The notes below the pieces were generated by a model that worked only from the letters and a program-made list of their open reading frames with translations, made no database searches and had not been told where the DNA came from. The position numbers and the translations under genes are program-made. A stretch of DNA of 64,000 nucleotides from Phyllobates terribilis (lineage: Eukaryota): assembly GCF_046119375.1 (NCBI RefSeq), contig NW_027362767.1, positions 56,854,001 through 56,918,000 of the forward strand, given 5' to 3'. Below, piece by piece: positions 13,957-26,974 of the stretch (positions within the stretch are counted from its first letter, which is position 1; each line of letters starts with the position of its first letter).

Positions 13957-15815
13957 TTAACGTGGACCTGCCACTTGCTCACAGTGAACCTATAAAAATC
14001 TGAGCTTCCCTGATTCTGTCGCAGTTTTCCTTTTTGTGCTGCGTCGCTCCATTGCAGAGTTATTCGCGTTTGTTGCTTTAGGAGCGCAGCAAGTGAAATC
14101 TCTGCTCTGCAGAGTCTTCTCTGGGAGTGTACGCCTTCATCCCTCCCTATCGGACGCTGCCAATCACAGCTCGGCAGCTGATCTAGCACTTTAAAACATG
14201 ACGGAGAGCTGCGATTGTAAGCATCGTGGAGGGAGGATTGAAAGCACACACCCCCAGAGAAGACTCTGAAGAAACACTGAGCAGAGATTTCACATGCTGC
14301 GCTCCAAAAACAACATATGTGAATATCTCTGCAATGGAGTGACGCAGCGCAAAATGGAAAAGAGTGGTATAATCAGGGGATCTTGGAGATTTTTACAGCG
14401 ACAGATCCTCTTTACATTTTGATCACTTTACCAGAGAGGTGCATAGAGCGGTAGCGTGCATGTGCACATTCATTTTACTAAAGTCCATCAGCAGCTCCAT
14501 AGACAGAATACAGGCTGCCATAAACAGCAGCCGGTTGACCACTAATTTAACTCATAAGGAAATGGCTAATGGCCTCCAGTGTGAAGCAGATATAATTTCC
14601 TAGAGCAGTTTATTTAAAGAAAAGCCCCCCCTTCTTGATCAAGCAAATGTAAAATACACAGGTTTTTGCTGCACGTTCCTTCACCCCATGTGCGAGCTGA
14701 GTCTGTGCCGTATGCGCCGCTGATTCATTCGGTGGAGAGCACTTATCCAACCTTGCAGAGCATTCAGCGAGCGCTGCAGATAGCACTTGGGAGATGGAGT
14801 GCATTCAGTGACCTTGTACGCTGATCCTGCAGCCGTAAACCAAGCAGGCCCTGAATTACCAGGAGCCGCTTCCTTCATGTGCCAGCTGCTACAATAAGAG
14901 GATTTGATGAAAATCACAGAAAATCTCTTTGTGGTGTATTAAAGTGAACAATACATCGCAATCCCGACCTTACATCTATGGGAAATCTTATAGTTATGAG
15001 GTCTCTGAGAAATGAGAATCCATCAGGCCTGGGAATGAATGCAATATGGGGGAGCGGGCGCACACCCCTGGAGTCCAACTCCTGCCATGGAGAGGAAATG
15101 GGTTCTGGATTCCCAAATATTCTGCATTATTGGAAGGTCAGATTACTGAGAGCGAACCTTATTCTAATGGCACAGTGCAGCCACTAACCAGTTCAGCTCT
15201 GCTGTATCTTCGCGTGTTGCATGCAGCGTCTCCATACCGTCATGCATAGCTGTGCAGGTACTACATGCCCAATATCCGTGACTAATGTAGATCTGCCGGC
15301 TGTTTACGCGTGCTAAAGCCTATAGCCCCCATCAATTATTCACAAGGTTTAATGTCAATCGCAGAAGGATCCGCACTACACGTATCGGCTGTCAGAGGTC
15401 CACCGACTTCACCTAGACTGGACCAATGGGATTACTGCAATCTGTGCACGGCTTTACATAAAAAGGCCCCGATTCTCCTTATAGAGACCACCAAACCAAA
15501 CGGGCACTGGGGGACTAATGGGTCAAGAGATGCTCAATGGGAAAGAAAGCTTGCTCTCTAGTGCCCCCTGTTGGAGAGCGCTACCTTAAACGTGTAAAAT
15601 GTCCAAGTCTTTAAGGCGCCCCTCCATCCATCATACAAAATGTGAGAGTACATTTCTAACGTGCAGTCACTGCACCCAATGTACTTCCTTTTACTGCCTC
15701 CATATCAGAGTTCAGTGACCCGTTGTCCCAAACAACAAGGCCATACATTGGCTGAATACTTCCACATTAATGCCCAGCCTGCAATGCTGCAACCTGCCGG
15801 GCCCAACTGCCAACA

Positions 15816-15905
15816 CCGCCCCGCCGAGCCCAAAAGCCAACGCCGCCCCGCCGAGAGCCCAAAAGCCAACGCCGCCCCGCCGAGAGCCCAAAAGCCAACG
15901 CCGCC
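15816..15905. repeat. 29-bp tandem repeat, about 3 copies
   Basis: CGCCGCCCCGCCGAGAGCCCAAAAGCCAA repeated. Confidence 0.85.
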
Positions 15906-17365
15906 AATACTCGCGACTCCCGGATAAATAAATACACCCTGTATAATATCCGGGAAACAATTCCAGAATCGCCGAATCCTAGAGATTTAAAGCCATTTCA
16001 GCATCCACAGGAGATGCAATTTTCATGGGAGCTCCTCGTGAGAAGGAAGGCAGATGAGCGGCAGATTTTCTGCTTTTAGCGCTAATCAATCATGTAATTT
16101 GCCAGTAAGGAAAAGAACTATAACTGCGAATAACAAAAAAAAATAAAAAAAACACTAATTCTGATAAGAAGAAACAGGATCTTGCCCTTGAGCGAATAAT
16201 CTTACACCGAGAATCTGGTTGCACAGTGTACTTGTCCAAATGCTGCATTCTGTTATTTTGGCCTGTGGCACAGACTTGCATGGAGCGGAGGGACGTACCG
16301 GTGTCAACAATGTTGCAGATCAGCGCGTGGTGGACCAGCGCGCCACAGATCACCGCGCGGCAGACCAGCGTGCAGACAGCGTGATGCGGACCAGCGTGCC
16401 GCCAGCTTGCTGCGGACCAGCGTGCCGCCAGCGTGATGCGGACCAGCGTGCCGCCAGCGTGATGCGGACCAGCGTGCCGCCAGCTTGCTGCGGACCAGCG
16501 TGCCGCCAGTGTTTTTCCAGAATGGCTAAAGAAAAAAGTGACAAAGCTTCTATACTTTGCAATGTTACACACATACAGCACATGTACGCCATCCGTGTGC
16601 TGTACTTGTTTTACATGGACCCAGAGTCTTGTATTGGCCGTTGTAATCGCTGCCAGTAAAATACAGACACGTCTCCCTGTGGTTTACACGGACTCACGCT
16701 CGATGTAGAAACATGGACATGTGAGCAGCCCCATAGGTTATGATGGGTATGTGTGGTATCTGAGAAAAAAAAAAAAACGTATGCCACATGTACCGAAACA
16801 CTAACATGTGACGGAGGCCTTGTTTTGTCCACAAGCCATATGCCAGGTATGGGAACCGCAGGTCCTTACATTAAGTTTTGGGGTTGGTGGACCACATTCA
16901 AAAGTACTAACCAAACCCTCAAGTACTGAAAGAAGAGACCGGGGGAGAAAGAACAGAGGAAATCGTGATTTTATAAAATATGTGGATACTCCATAGTGGA
17001 CCCTTCTGGAGGAGCTCTCTTCAGAGCTTTATGACCCGTCCTATGCCCAGGAGGCAACCAACAAAGAGCCGTGATCAGCATCCGAGAGGTGGAAGCAGAA
17101 TAGGAGACTTGCTGGAGGGTGCAGACATTACAAGGATTTCTTTACATTAACCAGTCACACCTCGACCGCACGTATTCACCCGGATCTCTAGGGCATGGGA
17201 GTAAAAAATAATAATATACATAAAACGCAGAGATAGGATCTGTGCATCTTTCTGGAGACAGAAGACAACTGACACACGAGACAGATAGGAAGATATACTT
17301 TGCAGTTCTACAAACGCTTAATTATTAAAAACAAGGGGTTTCCTGAGGCTCGTAAGATGCTTTAA

Positions 17366-17804
17366 AGGGAATCTATCAGCAGGTTTCTGCTATACAATCT
17401 GAAAGCAGCATGATATAGGGCAAGAGAGCCTGATTCCAGGGATGCATCACTGACTGGGCTGCTAGGTGCAGTTTTGATAAAATCCCTGTTTTATCTGATG
17501 TAGATGTAGCAGAGCTAAGACTTGTAGACTGTGTATAGATCCGCCCACACCCCTGATTGGCTGACAATGCACAGTGTACACAGGAAGCTGCCAATCAGTG
17601 GTGAGGGCGGGGTTACACAGATTAGCTGGACTGGCCTGCATGTGAGACCTAGTCACACAGTGATAATCACCTGCTGATAAAACATTGATTGCATTGAAAT
17701 TACAGCACACAGCCTAATAAGTGACACATCGCTGAAATCAGGCTCTCTTGCCCTATATTATGCTGCTCTCTGTGTAAATAGCAAAATCCTGCTGACAGAT
17801 TCGA
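17366..17804. mobile_element. Palindromic T2-type MITE
   Basis: Starts TTAAAGGGAATCTATCAGCAGG; the distal end TCCTGCTGACAGATTC and internal arms GGGCAAGAGAGCCTGATT / AATCAGGCTCTCTTGCCC are inverted. Confidence 0.65.
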
Positions 17805-18224
17805 AAAGAGATTATTTTCAGAACCCTTAGACCATCCGACCCACAATTTTTTTCATATTACTTTTTATTTTTTTTGCTCATTCATTATTCCTTCTACACA
17901 GTGATGCAGTTTTCCAGTGAACAGCACCCTCACCCCCCAATACACATGTATTCTCAGCTTGTAGGAGCGTGCATGTGTTCTTATCCGGACTGATGGCGGG
18001 TCTTCTGACCAGAACTTGCAGCCTCATCTATGACTATGAAGCTGTAATGTCGGGTCAGTCTGGGTATTGCGGCCCTTATGCAGACCGTGAAATACACTAG
18101 GCCTGCGGCCAGTTTCTCACATCTATGTTTCATGGTCCGAGTACAGACCGCGTGTCTCCTAACCTGAACTCAACACGTCAGGAGCCCAGTGGCCAGTCCA
18201 TGCATCGCGGTCCGTGTAAAATCG

Positions 18225-18262
<38 letters not shown>

Positions 18263-19829
18263 AAAATGACTGGACATGTTAACATTAAACAGCCCAATCA
18301 TTCTTACCCTCAATATCGTCAATCAGCAGAGATAAAGGACCACCACGCACATTAGATGGTTGGCCAGTCTGGCCAAATCGGTGGCCTCCAATGCATCACT
18401 GACGAGATGCAGCGGTCCCTGCTGGAAGAGAAAGGAGGCTGCTGCCAGTCCCCTTCTAGTAGCAGCTTATCTCAAAACAAAAATTTTCGGCGGTGGAAAT
18501 TCCAACAGCCAGATTCACCTCTCTCCCCGACATTATCTGTTGGGGGAGGAGATTTGGTAGCCCCCCTATACTCCAATTTCAGAATATCTGGCCAAAATTT
18601 GCGGGTTCGGCCGACTTTAGTCTAATGCGTTACTGTAAACTGCTAAATAGTTAATAATTGCGTTTTTGAAAACCGCACCCCAGCGCCGGCCATGTCGGAC
18701 CCTTAAGGCGGCTATTTGACTCTTATTTCACGCGAAGCAGCGGCTCCTGAACGCGGCGGCGGCTGTAACATCTGCGGCATTTAATAGTGAGAAATTACTA
18801 CAACGCCGGGAAGTGGTTAATTTCTGTGAATCAGATGAAACGCTCCGGTTATTAGGCAGCACCTAATGCCGACATGACCTGAATATCTCAATGAGATTAG
18901 CTGCTCTCAGTCTTAGGATGTTCCTGGCAGCGGCTGGATGAAAAATAATTACTGTGTGGAGTTTATCAAATGACCGCCATCTAGAGAAAGAAATACAACT
19001 ATGCGCAGAAAGTTATCCAAAAACGTCCCCCCCACCACCAACAGGTCACATTTCCATTGTTGGCTTTGAGGCGACTGCAATATTTAAAGGGTTTGTTCTG
19101 TATTCAGGAGCGCGCCGCTCCTCAGCCTCCTGCTAGCCGGGGGGCTCCTGATGACTGACAGGACACATAGTTGCACCACTGGCCTTAATGGCGCCCTCTC
19201 TGATGCTTCTATATGAGGCAGCATTGGAGAAACACAAGGGCACAGAACCTGGCGGGCTCCAGCGGTCAGAGAAGCGCTCACAAGCCGTATAACAAAGAGT
19301 TTGTAAGCGCTGCACTCCTTGCCTAAGAGACTGGCCACAGGCCAGAGACTGCAAAAGGTGGCTGGAAACCTAGGGGCAATCTGCGCGACACAATAATTAA
19401 AAATCCCTACATGTTACCTTTTTACAACCCCTTTAAAAGCCCACCTGTCCTTTCACAGCAAAAGATAATCTTGCTGTCCGCATCCCCCAATCTTATATGT
19501 CCTGGAGCTGTCTAACTTCATCTGCTCAGTCATTCATTCTTTTTCAGAGGGCAGTTCCTTTTCATTAGTATTCTGCCAGCACAATTGGTGTTTGAACTTC
19601 CTCAATTTACATAATTGCTGCTGCCATTGATAAAAGACTTACCAGTCCTCAACCAAAAGCTCGACTATGCCGTTCGACAGCAGGCATGAAGAGACAAAAG
19701 CCAACCCCACTCTCTGTACAAAGACCCACCTTTACTTCCTATAGAGAGCCAAAGCAACGCCCTAAATTCCTGTAGTAAAGAACCCACCGCCACTTCCTGT
19801 AGAGAAATAAAGACCTACCATTACTTCCT

Positions 19830-20226
19830 GTCAACGACCCGCCCCCGCTTCCTGTAGGAAGTCAACGACCCGCCCCCGCTTCCTGTAGGAAGTCAACGAC
19901 CCGCCCCCGCTTCCTGTAGGAAGTCAACGACCCGCCCCCGCTTCCTGTAGGAAGTCAACGACCCGCCCCCGCTTCCTGTAGGAAGTCAACGACCCGCCCC
20001 CGCTTCCTGTAGGAAGTCAACGACCCGCCCCCGCTTCCTGTAGGAAGTCAACGACCCGCCCCCGCTTCCTGTAGGAAGTCAACGACCCGCCCCCGCTTCC
20101 TGTAGGAAGTCAACGACCCGCCCCCGCTTCCTGTAGGAAGTCAACGACCCGCCCCCGCTTCCTGTAGGAAGTCAACGACCCGCCCCCGCTTCCTGTAGGA
20201 AGTCAACGACCCGCCCCCGCTTCCTG
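19830..20226. repeat. 31-bp perfect minisatellite (GTCAACGACCCGCCCCCGCTTCCTGTAGGAA)n, about 12.8 copies
   Basis: Exact period read directly. Confidence 0.97.
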
Positions 20227-20427
20227 AAATCCGTCTTAATCTTTGCTCCTATAAACACAGAAAAGCAAGTCACGGCTCAGCGAGTGCGATTGTGGCCTCC
20301 TTCGGCATGGGACAACCAGAATGCACTCTTTTAGGCTACTGATGGTGCCGACTGTGCAGTGGGATCGTGGGACTGAAAAAAAAAAAAAAAAAAATTCTCT
20401 GAATCCTTTTTCTCCCCACCATTTCAG

Positions 20428-20519
20428 AGATGGCAGAGCCAATTCAACAGCTGACAAGAAGCGGTCGGACAGAGGAGCGTCAGAGAGTGCCCTTCCTGCA
20501 GCTCAGCTGCAAAGAAAAG
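20428..20519 (+). CDS. soul3: soul3-like exon 2
   Basis: tttcag|AG ATG GCA GAG..., (E)MAEPIQQLTRSGRTEERQRVPFLQLSCKEK|GTACAT; phase matches exon 1 and exon 3. Confidence 0.8.
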
Positions 20520-21354
20520 GTACATTTGGATTTTTTCGGGGATAATACTAAGTTAAAGGGGCATCCTCCTATGATATATCGAATGTCAGCTGGACAGGTT
20601 TTACTGGTCTCAAAGTGACACGCAGGTGGGGGAAGGGGTTAAAGGACTTTCATTCTCAAAAAAGTTTAGAGTTTAGCACTTAAATGGGTTATATTATTTG
20701 GCTTAAAAATACTTAACGTGTGCACATACCCCAAGCGGTGCAAGATCATGTATTCTGGATTAGAAAAGTAAAGTATATTGACTCATGTGTAAGGGTAGAA
20801 AACTTAAAAAAAAATAATTCAGTGCCAAACTTTCACATATTATGGATTATGGGATGCTGGCATTGCCGTATACTATGTGTCTACTCGTGCATAAGTTAGT
20901 GGTGTATGAACGGTGCGCGTGTGGCATGCAGAGGGTGAATACATCAGGTGGTCCACACGAGACGTTGGTTTTGTATATTTTTCATCCTCTGTTTTTCTGC
21001 ACTTTTGCATAAGAATCTCTGAGCAGGAAATCAGATTATCAATCTCTAATGCGGGGCTGACTGCTGCCTTGTTTTCCTAAGCAGAAACCTTGTTTGTAGG
21101 TCAAATGACAGGGCTCCGCTGACCCCACAAAATAAATATTACTGCCTGCATGTGGTCAGTGCACCGCAAATTTACAGAGACCCTGCGTCTAAATCAAAGA
21201 ACTGATAAGAGGTCAGAAGTGGTCAGATCACAAGTGATCACTGCTTAGACACTCCTTGTACAAGTGAACATCATGTAAAAAAAAAAAAAAAATTGCAGTA
21301 TTGGTGCTTGAAAAAAGTGCAACCCCCAGAGAAATGTAGTGGTATAAACCATGA

Positions 21355-21990
21355 GCACGATCCTCTCCCCGCCCAGTGCCGCAAAGCACGAGCCCCTCCT
21401 CCCAACCCGGTGCCGCAAAGCACGAGCCCCTCCCAACCCGATGCCGCAAAGCACGAGCCCCTCCCAACCCGATGCCGCAAAGCACGAGCCCCTCCCAACC
21501 CGGTGCCGCAAAGCACGAGCCCCTCCCAACCCGGTGCCGCAAAGCACGAGCCCCACCCAACCCGGTGCCGCAAAGCACGAGCCCCTCCCAACCCGGTGCC
21601 GCAAAGCACGAGCCCCTCCCAACCCGGTGCCGCAAAGCACGAGCCCCTCCCAACCCGGTGCCGCAAAGCACGAGCACCACCCAACCCGGTGCCGCAAAGC
21701 ACGAGCCCCTCCCAACCAGGAGCCTCAAAGCACGAGCCCCTCCCAACCCAGAGCCGCAAAGCACGAGCCCCTCCCAACCCGGTGCCGCAAAGCACGAGCC
21801 CCTCCCAACCCGGTGCCGCAAAGCACGAGCCCCTCCCAACCCGGTGCCGCAAAGCACGAGCCCCACCCAACCCGGTGCCGCAAAGCACGAGCCCCTCCCA
21901 ACCAGGAGCCTCAAAGCACGAGCCCCTCCCAACCCAGTGCCGCAAAGCACGAGCCCCTCCCAACCAGGTGCCTCAAAGCACCACCTCCGT
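21355..21990. repeat. 31-bp minisatellite (GCCGCAAAGCACGAGCCCCTCCCAACCCGGT)n, about 20 copies
   Basis: Direct reading; explains the overlapping pseudo-ORFs at 21228-22174. Confidence 0.96.
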
Positions 21991-22917
21991 GCCATACTGC
22001 TAAAAAAAAAAACACAAGCTGCCGCCACAAAGTCACAATGCTGTAAAGAATGAGCCACCCCACCCCCAGCGCTGTAAAGCACGAGCCCCTACCCATAGTG
22101 CAGTGAGGCACAAGCCCTACCAGTTTTCTGGTGTTAAAAAGGCTGCCCGTTTTTCTACAGTTTTTTTTTTTCAAAACTTTTTTTTTTTTTTTTTAAACTT
22201 TATTTAAAAAAAAACAAACAAACAAAAAAAAATTGTTTAGCCACAATTTTGCAAAATGCTGTAAAAAATTGCACCATGACTGCAAACTGAACAAACACCT
22301 ACCCATTATATGAAGAATCGGGTACCGGAAAAGGGATTTTATAAACAAAAAAATTGCTGAAAACATTTAGAACAATTAATTTTTTAATTAAAAAAAAAAA
22401 AAATCTAATGTTGGCATTAGTTGTATTACGGATAAGTAGGAGCCGCACTGCCAGAAAAAATAATTAGCAGCGCAGCTGTGCGTCACCCCTGTAGATGACA
22501 ACGAGAATCAGGATTATACAGAATCATACAGAGCGCCCGCACAGGCTCCTACGTTAGCAGCTTGACACAGAGGTGAACGAACCCTCAGATCACAGGATGC
22601 TCCGATCACAAGTATCTGAGGGGAGACGCGCTTATCAAGTGTTCATTTTACCTACAGCTCCCCCGCAGGGGAAGTTAAGCATTACACATTTCATCCAGAG
22701 CCGCTCTCTTCCGCATTGATGGGCAGATGAGGTTACGGCCACGAATCGCGTGCACAATGGGCAAGTGCCATATGCACATGTATCATGACCTAGTCTAAGG
22801 AACCAGACACGTGCTCGATACCTGACCACCGTGACCCCATTCCGAGTTGCAATCTTATTGGCAATGCTCACTTCCAATGCTGAAGCGTCTTTACATGACC
22901 CCTGCATGTAATTTGTA

Positions 22918-24486
22918 CAGTCATGGCCAAAAGTATTGAGAATGAGACAAATAGTAATTTTTCCAAAGTTTACTACTTCATTTTTTGTAATGGCAATTTG
23001 CATATACTCCTGAATGTCAAAGAGTGATCAGCTTAACAGCAATTACTGTACTTGCAAAGTCAATATTTGCCCAGAAAATGAACTTTAACCCCCAAAACAC
23101 ATTCCAACATCATTGCAGTCCTGCCTTAAAAGGAGCAGCTAACATCGTTTTAGTGACTGATTGCCAGCCCTGTCCTCATCAACACCCACACCTGTGTTAA
23201 TGGATCTATCAGCCATGATTAAGTAAGAATGACATCACTGGACACTTTAAAAGGAGGCTGGTTCTTGGTATCATTGTTTCTCTTCAGTTAACCATGGTTA
23301 TCTCTAAAGAAACACGTGCAGCCATCATTGCACTGCACAAAAATGGCCTAACAGGGAAGAGTATCGCAGCTACAAAGATTGCACCTCAGTCAACAATCTA
23401 TCACATCATCAAGAACTTCAAGGAGAGAGCTTCCATTGTTGTCAAAAAGGCTCCAGGGCGCCCAAGAAAGACCAGCAAGCGCCAGGACCGTATCTTAAAA
23501 CTGTTTCAGCTGCGGGATCGGACTACCAGCAGTGCCGAGCTTGCTCAGGAATGGCAGCAGGCTGGTGTGAGTGCTTCTGCACGCACTGTGAGGCGGAGAC
23601 TCTTTGAGCAAGGGCTGGTTTCAAGGAGGGCAGCAAAGAAGCCACTTCTCTCCAGAAAAAACATCAGGGACCGACTGATATTCTGCAAAAGGTACAGGGA
23701 GTGGACTGCTGAGGACTGGGGCAAAGTCATTTTCTCTGATGAATCCCCTTTTCGATTGTTTGGGACATGTGGAAAACAGCTTATTTGGAGAAGAAGAGGT
23801 GAGCGCTACCACCAGTCTTGTCTCATGCCAACTGTAAAGCATCCTGAAACCATTCATGTGTGGGGTTGCTTCTCAGCCAAGGGAATCGGCACACTCACAG
23901 TCTTGCCTAAAAACACAGCCATGAATAAAGAATGGTACCAGAATGTCCTCCAAGAGCAACTTCTCCCAACCGTCCAAGAGCAGTTTGGCGCCCAACAATG
24001 CCTTTTCCAGCATGATGGAGCACCTTGCCATAAAGCAAAGGTGATAACTAAATGGCTCATGGAACAAAAACAGAGATTTTGGGTCCATGGCCTGGAAACT
24101 CCCCAGATCTTAATCCCATTGAGAACTTGTGGTCAATCATCAAGAGACGGGTGGACAAACAAAAACCAACAAATTCTGGCAAAATGCAAGCATTGATTTT
24201 GCAAGAATGGACTGCTATCAGTCAGGATTTGGTCCAAAAGTTGATTGAGAGCATGCCAGGGAGAATTACAGAGGTCTTGAAGAAGAAGGGGCAACACTGC
24301 AAATATTGACTTGCTGCATTAACTCATTCTAATTGTCAATATAACCTATTGGTACTCATAATATGATTGCAATTATATTTCTGTATGTGATATAAACATC
24401 AGACAAACACTAATAAAAACCAGAGGCCAGCAGATCATGAGAAAATATAATTTTGGTGTCATTCTCAAAACTTTTGGCCATGACTG
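22918..24486 (+). mobile_element. Tc1/mariner DNA transposon, near-intact, probable DD35E (Traveler-like)
   Basis: TA|CAGTCATGGCCAAAAG ... CTTTTGGCCATGACTG|TA; 1569 bp; transposase 23294-24309 with a single frameshift. Confidence 0.93.
23294..24309 (+). pseudogene. Tc1-family transposase with one frameshift at 24068-24072
   Basis: Paired-like HTH with GRPRK; FSDES, QHDGAP and SPDLNPIE motifs; C-terminal part continues in the ORF 24052-24309 frame. Confidence 0.9.
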
Positions 24487-25382
24487 TAGGGTCCTCCAGA
24501 GAGATCTAAAAATGGAAGATTTATAAGAATGTGAAAAAAAAAAATTAAAAGGGCTGTCCGAGATTTTGACATTGATGGCCTATACTTAGGATAGGTCATT
24601 AAATGAGGGGGGGGGGTCATCCAACAGTAAAATTATTTATCAAGAACAATACTCACTTTGCACTGCCCCTCACCCCCCGCAGATTCAGTACAAGCCGCTC
24701 CGGAGGTCTGGAGCAACTCCGAAAATGGCGACTCTTCCGTTTGGAATTCCAAGAACGGCTGCAGCGGTCACAAGAGGGTGGCATCATCAGATGTTTCTCC
24801 AATGATGCTCCCTTCTAGACAACCCCTTTAAGATCAGATTAGTGTGTGTGTGTGTGTGTGGGGGGGGGTAATCTGGCTCCTGGCACACACAGCGTTCCAA
24901 TGGACAGCCCGACAAAGAATGCATGGACAGTGGGAGCCGCATTACTTACTGGGGTTCTGTTGATGACCCCCATGGATTCAGCTCTGGCAGTTGGATGTAA
25001 GCAATGAGCAAAGCCGAACAGCACAGCTCCGTCACACCACCTAGTGGCTGGTGCTGAGAACTGCAGTTCAACTCCTATTACATTAAATACTGGTACCCAG
25101 AAGCAGCCATTACGGTTATCACCAGCAATCGGATGTGGTAACAGCTCATGGATGGTGGTGCCCCTAAAGATCTGGTATTGATGTCCCATCAAAATCATAG
25201 CAGTGGAAAACTCCTTTAAATGGTGAGAGGTCATGACTTCCTAATAGGGTGTATTTAAAAGGGGTCAGCTTGATGAAACGTTTCATGACGTGTCTTTGGT
25301 GGGCAAAGCAATCATTTTGGCCTCTAATATGCGCAAGCCGAGTCCTTGAACTGCGGACCACCTCCAGAAAAAAAATCTGTTT

Positions 25383-26010
25383 ACCAGCCGCCACCCCCAT
25401 GCACACTGTGTCCAGCCACCCCACCGCCCCATGCACACTGTGTCCAGCCACCCCACCCCCCCACGCAGTGTGTCCAGCCACCCCCTCCCCCACACAGTGT
25501 GTGTCCAGCCACCCCACCCCCCCACGCAGTGTGTGTCCAGCCACCCCACCCCCCCACGCAGTGTGTGTCCAGCCACCCCACCCCCCCACGCAGTGTCCAG
25601 CCACCCCCTCCCCCACGCAGTGTCCAGCCACCCCCTCCCCCACGCACAGTGTGTCCAGCCACCCCCCTCCCCCACGCACAGTGTGTGTCCAGCCACCCCC
25701 CTCCCCCACGCACAGTGTGTGTCCAGCCACCCCCCTCCCCCACGCACAGTGTGTGTCCAGCCACCCCCCTCCCCCACGCACAGTGTGTGTCCAGCCACCC
25801 CCCTCCCCCACGCACAGTGTGTGTCCAGCCACCCCCCTCCCCCACGCAGTGTGTGTCCAGCCACCCCCCTCCCCCACGCACAGTGTGTGTCCAGCCACCC
25901 ACCTCCCCCACGCACAGTGTGTGTCCAGCCACCCACCTCCCCCACGCACAGTGTGTGTCCAGCCACCCTCCTCCCCCACACGCAGTGTGTGTCCAGCAAC
26001 CCCCCCCATG
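25383..26010. repeat. 32-34-bp C-rich minisatellite (CACAGTGTGTGTCCAGCCACCCCCCTCCCCCACG)n
   Basis: Direct reading; ends about 80 nt before soul3-like exon 3. Confidence 0.95.
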
Positions 26011-26090
26011 AACACTGTATGTCCAGCCCTGCAGAAGAAGCAGCCATATTACTACAGGAGTCTATAATTTTTTCCATCTTTTTCCAACAG

Positions 26091-26232
26091 TGCGGAGAAG
26101 TGATGTACGAGAAAAGACAGTACGGAAAAGCCAAGTGGGCGTGTATCAAGATGAAAGAGGAGCGGTATGAGCAGAGTATCTGCATGGGGTTCATGAAGCT
26201 CATGAGATACATCTGTGAACAAAACTCCTCAG
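26091..26232 (+). CDS. soul3: soul3-like exon 3 (SOUL domain start)
   Basis: ttccaacag|CGEVMYEKRQYGKAKWACIKMKEERYEQSICMGFMKLMRYICEQNSS G|GTAAGA; YExRxY and GFxKLxxYI SOUL motifs. Confidence 0.9.
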
Positions 26233-26413
26233 GTAAGACATCTACTGCCGTGAGTGTAATAACGCGAGTGGGTCTTTCTTATGGGGCTTCCACCACTCCA
26301 TTCTAACGGTAGGGAATTTCTACCGACAGACCCCCACAGATCCCAGTTCTCCTGCGGATAGGTGATCACTTGCAATGTTATCCTATACCCGCGTTGTAAT
26401 CCTTTCTTCCTAG

Positions 26414-26597
26414 GTGCGTATCTGGGCATGACTATCCCAATTCTTACAACGGTGCACACCGATGAAGCACGGACTGGCCTCATGCGCTTGGTGACGGTGG
26501 CTTATTATATCCCGAACCATCTTCAAGACGATCCGCCTCAACCAACCGACCAAGAAATCATCATCGAGGAGTGGCCAGCTACCATAGTCTTCTCTAG
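26414..26597 (+). CDS. soul3: soul3-like exon 4
   Basis: ttcctag|(G)AYLGMTIPILTTVHT...VAYYIPNHLQDDPPQPTDQEIIIEEWPATIVFS AG|GTACAA; MTxP and PPxPxD SOUL motifs. Confidence 0.9.
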
Positions 26598-26615
26598 GTA
26601 CAACTTTTACTTAAA

Positions 26616-26974
26616 AGGGGTATTGCCATCTCCAAGATCCTATCCCAGTATGTAGTAGGTGTAATATTATTATTATTATTACCAAATACCTCCAATTAGA
26701 AATGTAGTATAGTTCTTCTGATTTGCTATGTCACTTACCCCAAGTCCAGGGCATTGCAGCAGCTTAGTTATCCATGGTCACGATCAATCATATAGTGTCA
26801 GTTAGTTGTTAGTGGCCATAACCATAGATACCTAAGCTACTGCAATGCCCTGCACATGGTGTAAGCGACATAGTTAATCAGAATAACTATACTACATTTC
26901 TAATAGGAGGTATTTGCTAATATTATTATACCTACTACATATTGAGATAGGATCTTGGAGACGGGAATACCCCT
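26616..26974. mobile_element. Palindromic T2/Kolobok-type MITE (sibling copy at 45303-45665)
   Basis: TTAA-flanked AGGGGTATT...AATACCCCT; long inverted arms. Confidence 0.85.

Noticed and set aside
19830-20226. CRISPR-like 28-36-bp repeats here and in the other arrays
   Set aside because: Repeats are directly contiguous with no unique spacers, there are no cas genes, and the context is eukaryotic.
21228-22174. Multiple overlapping 150-280-aa ORFs on both strands (similar cases at 8.3-8.9, 11.9-12.9, 25.2-26.3, 31.4-32.0 and 33.4-34.2 kb)
   Set aside because: Minisatellite artefacts with no domain content or splice support.
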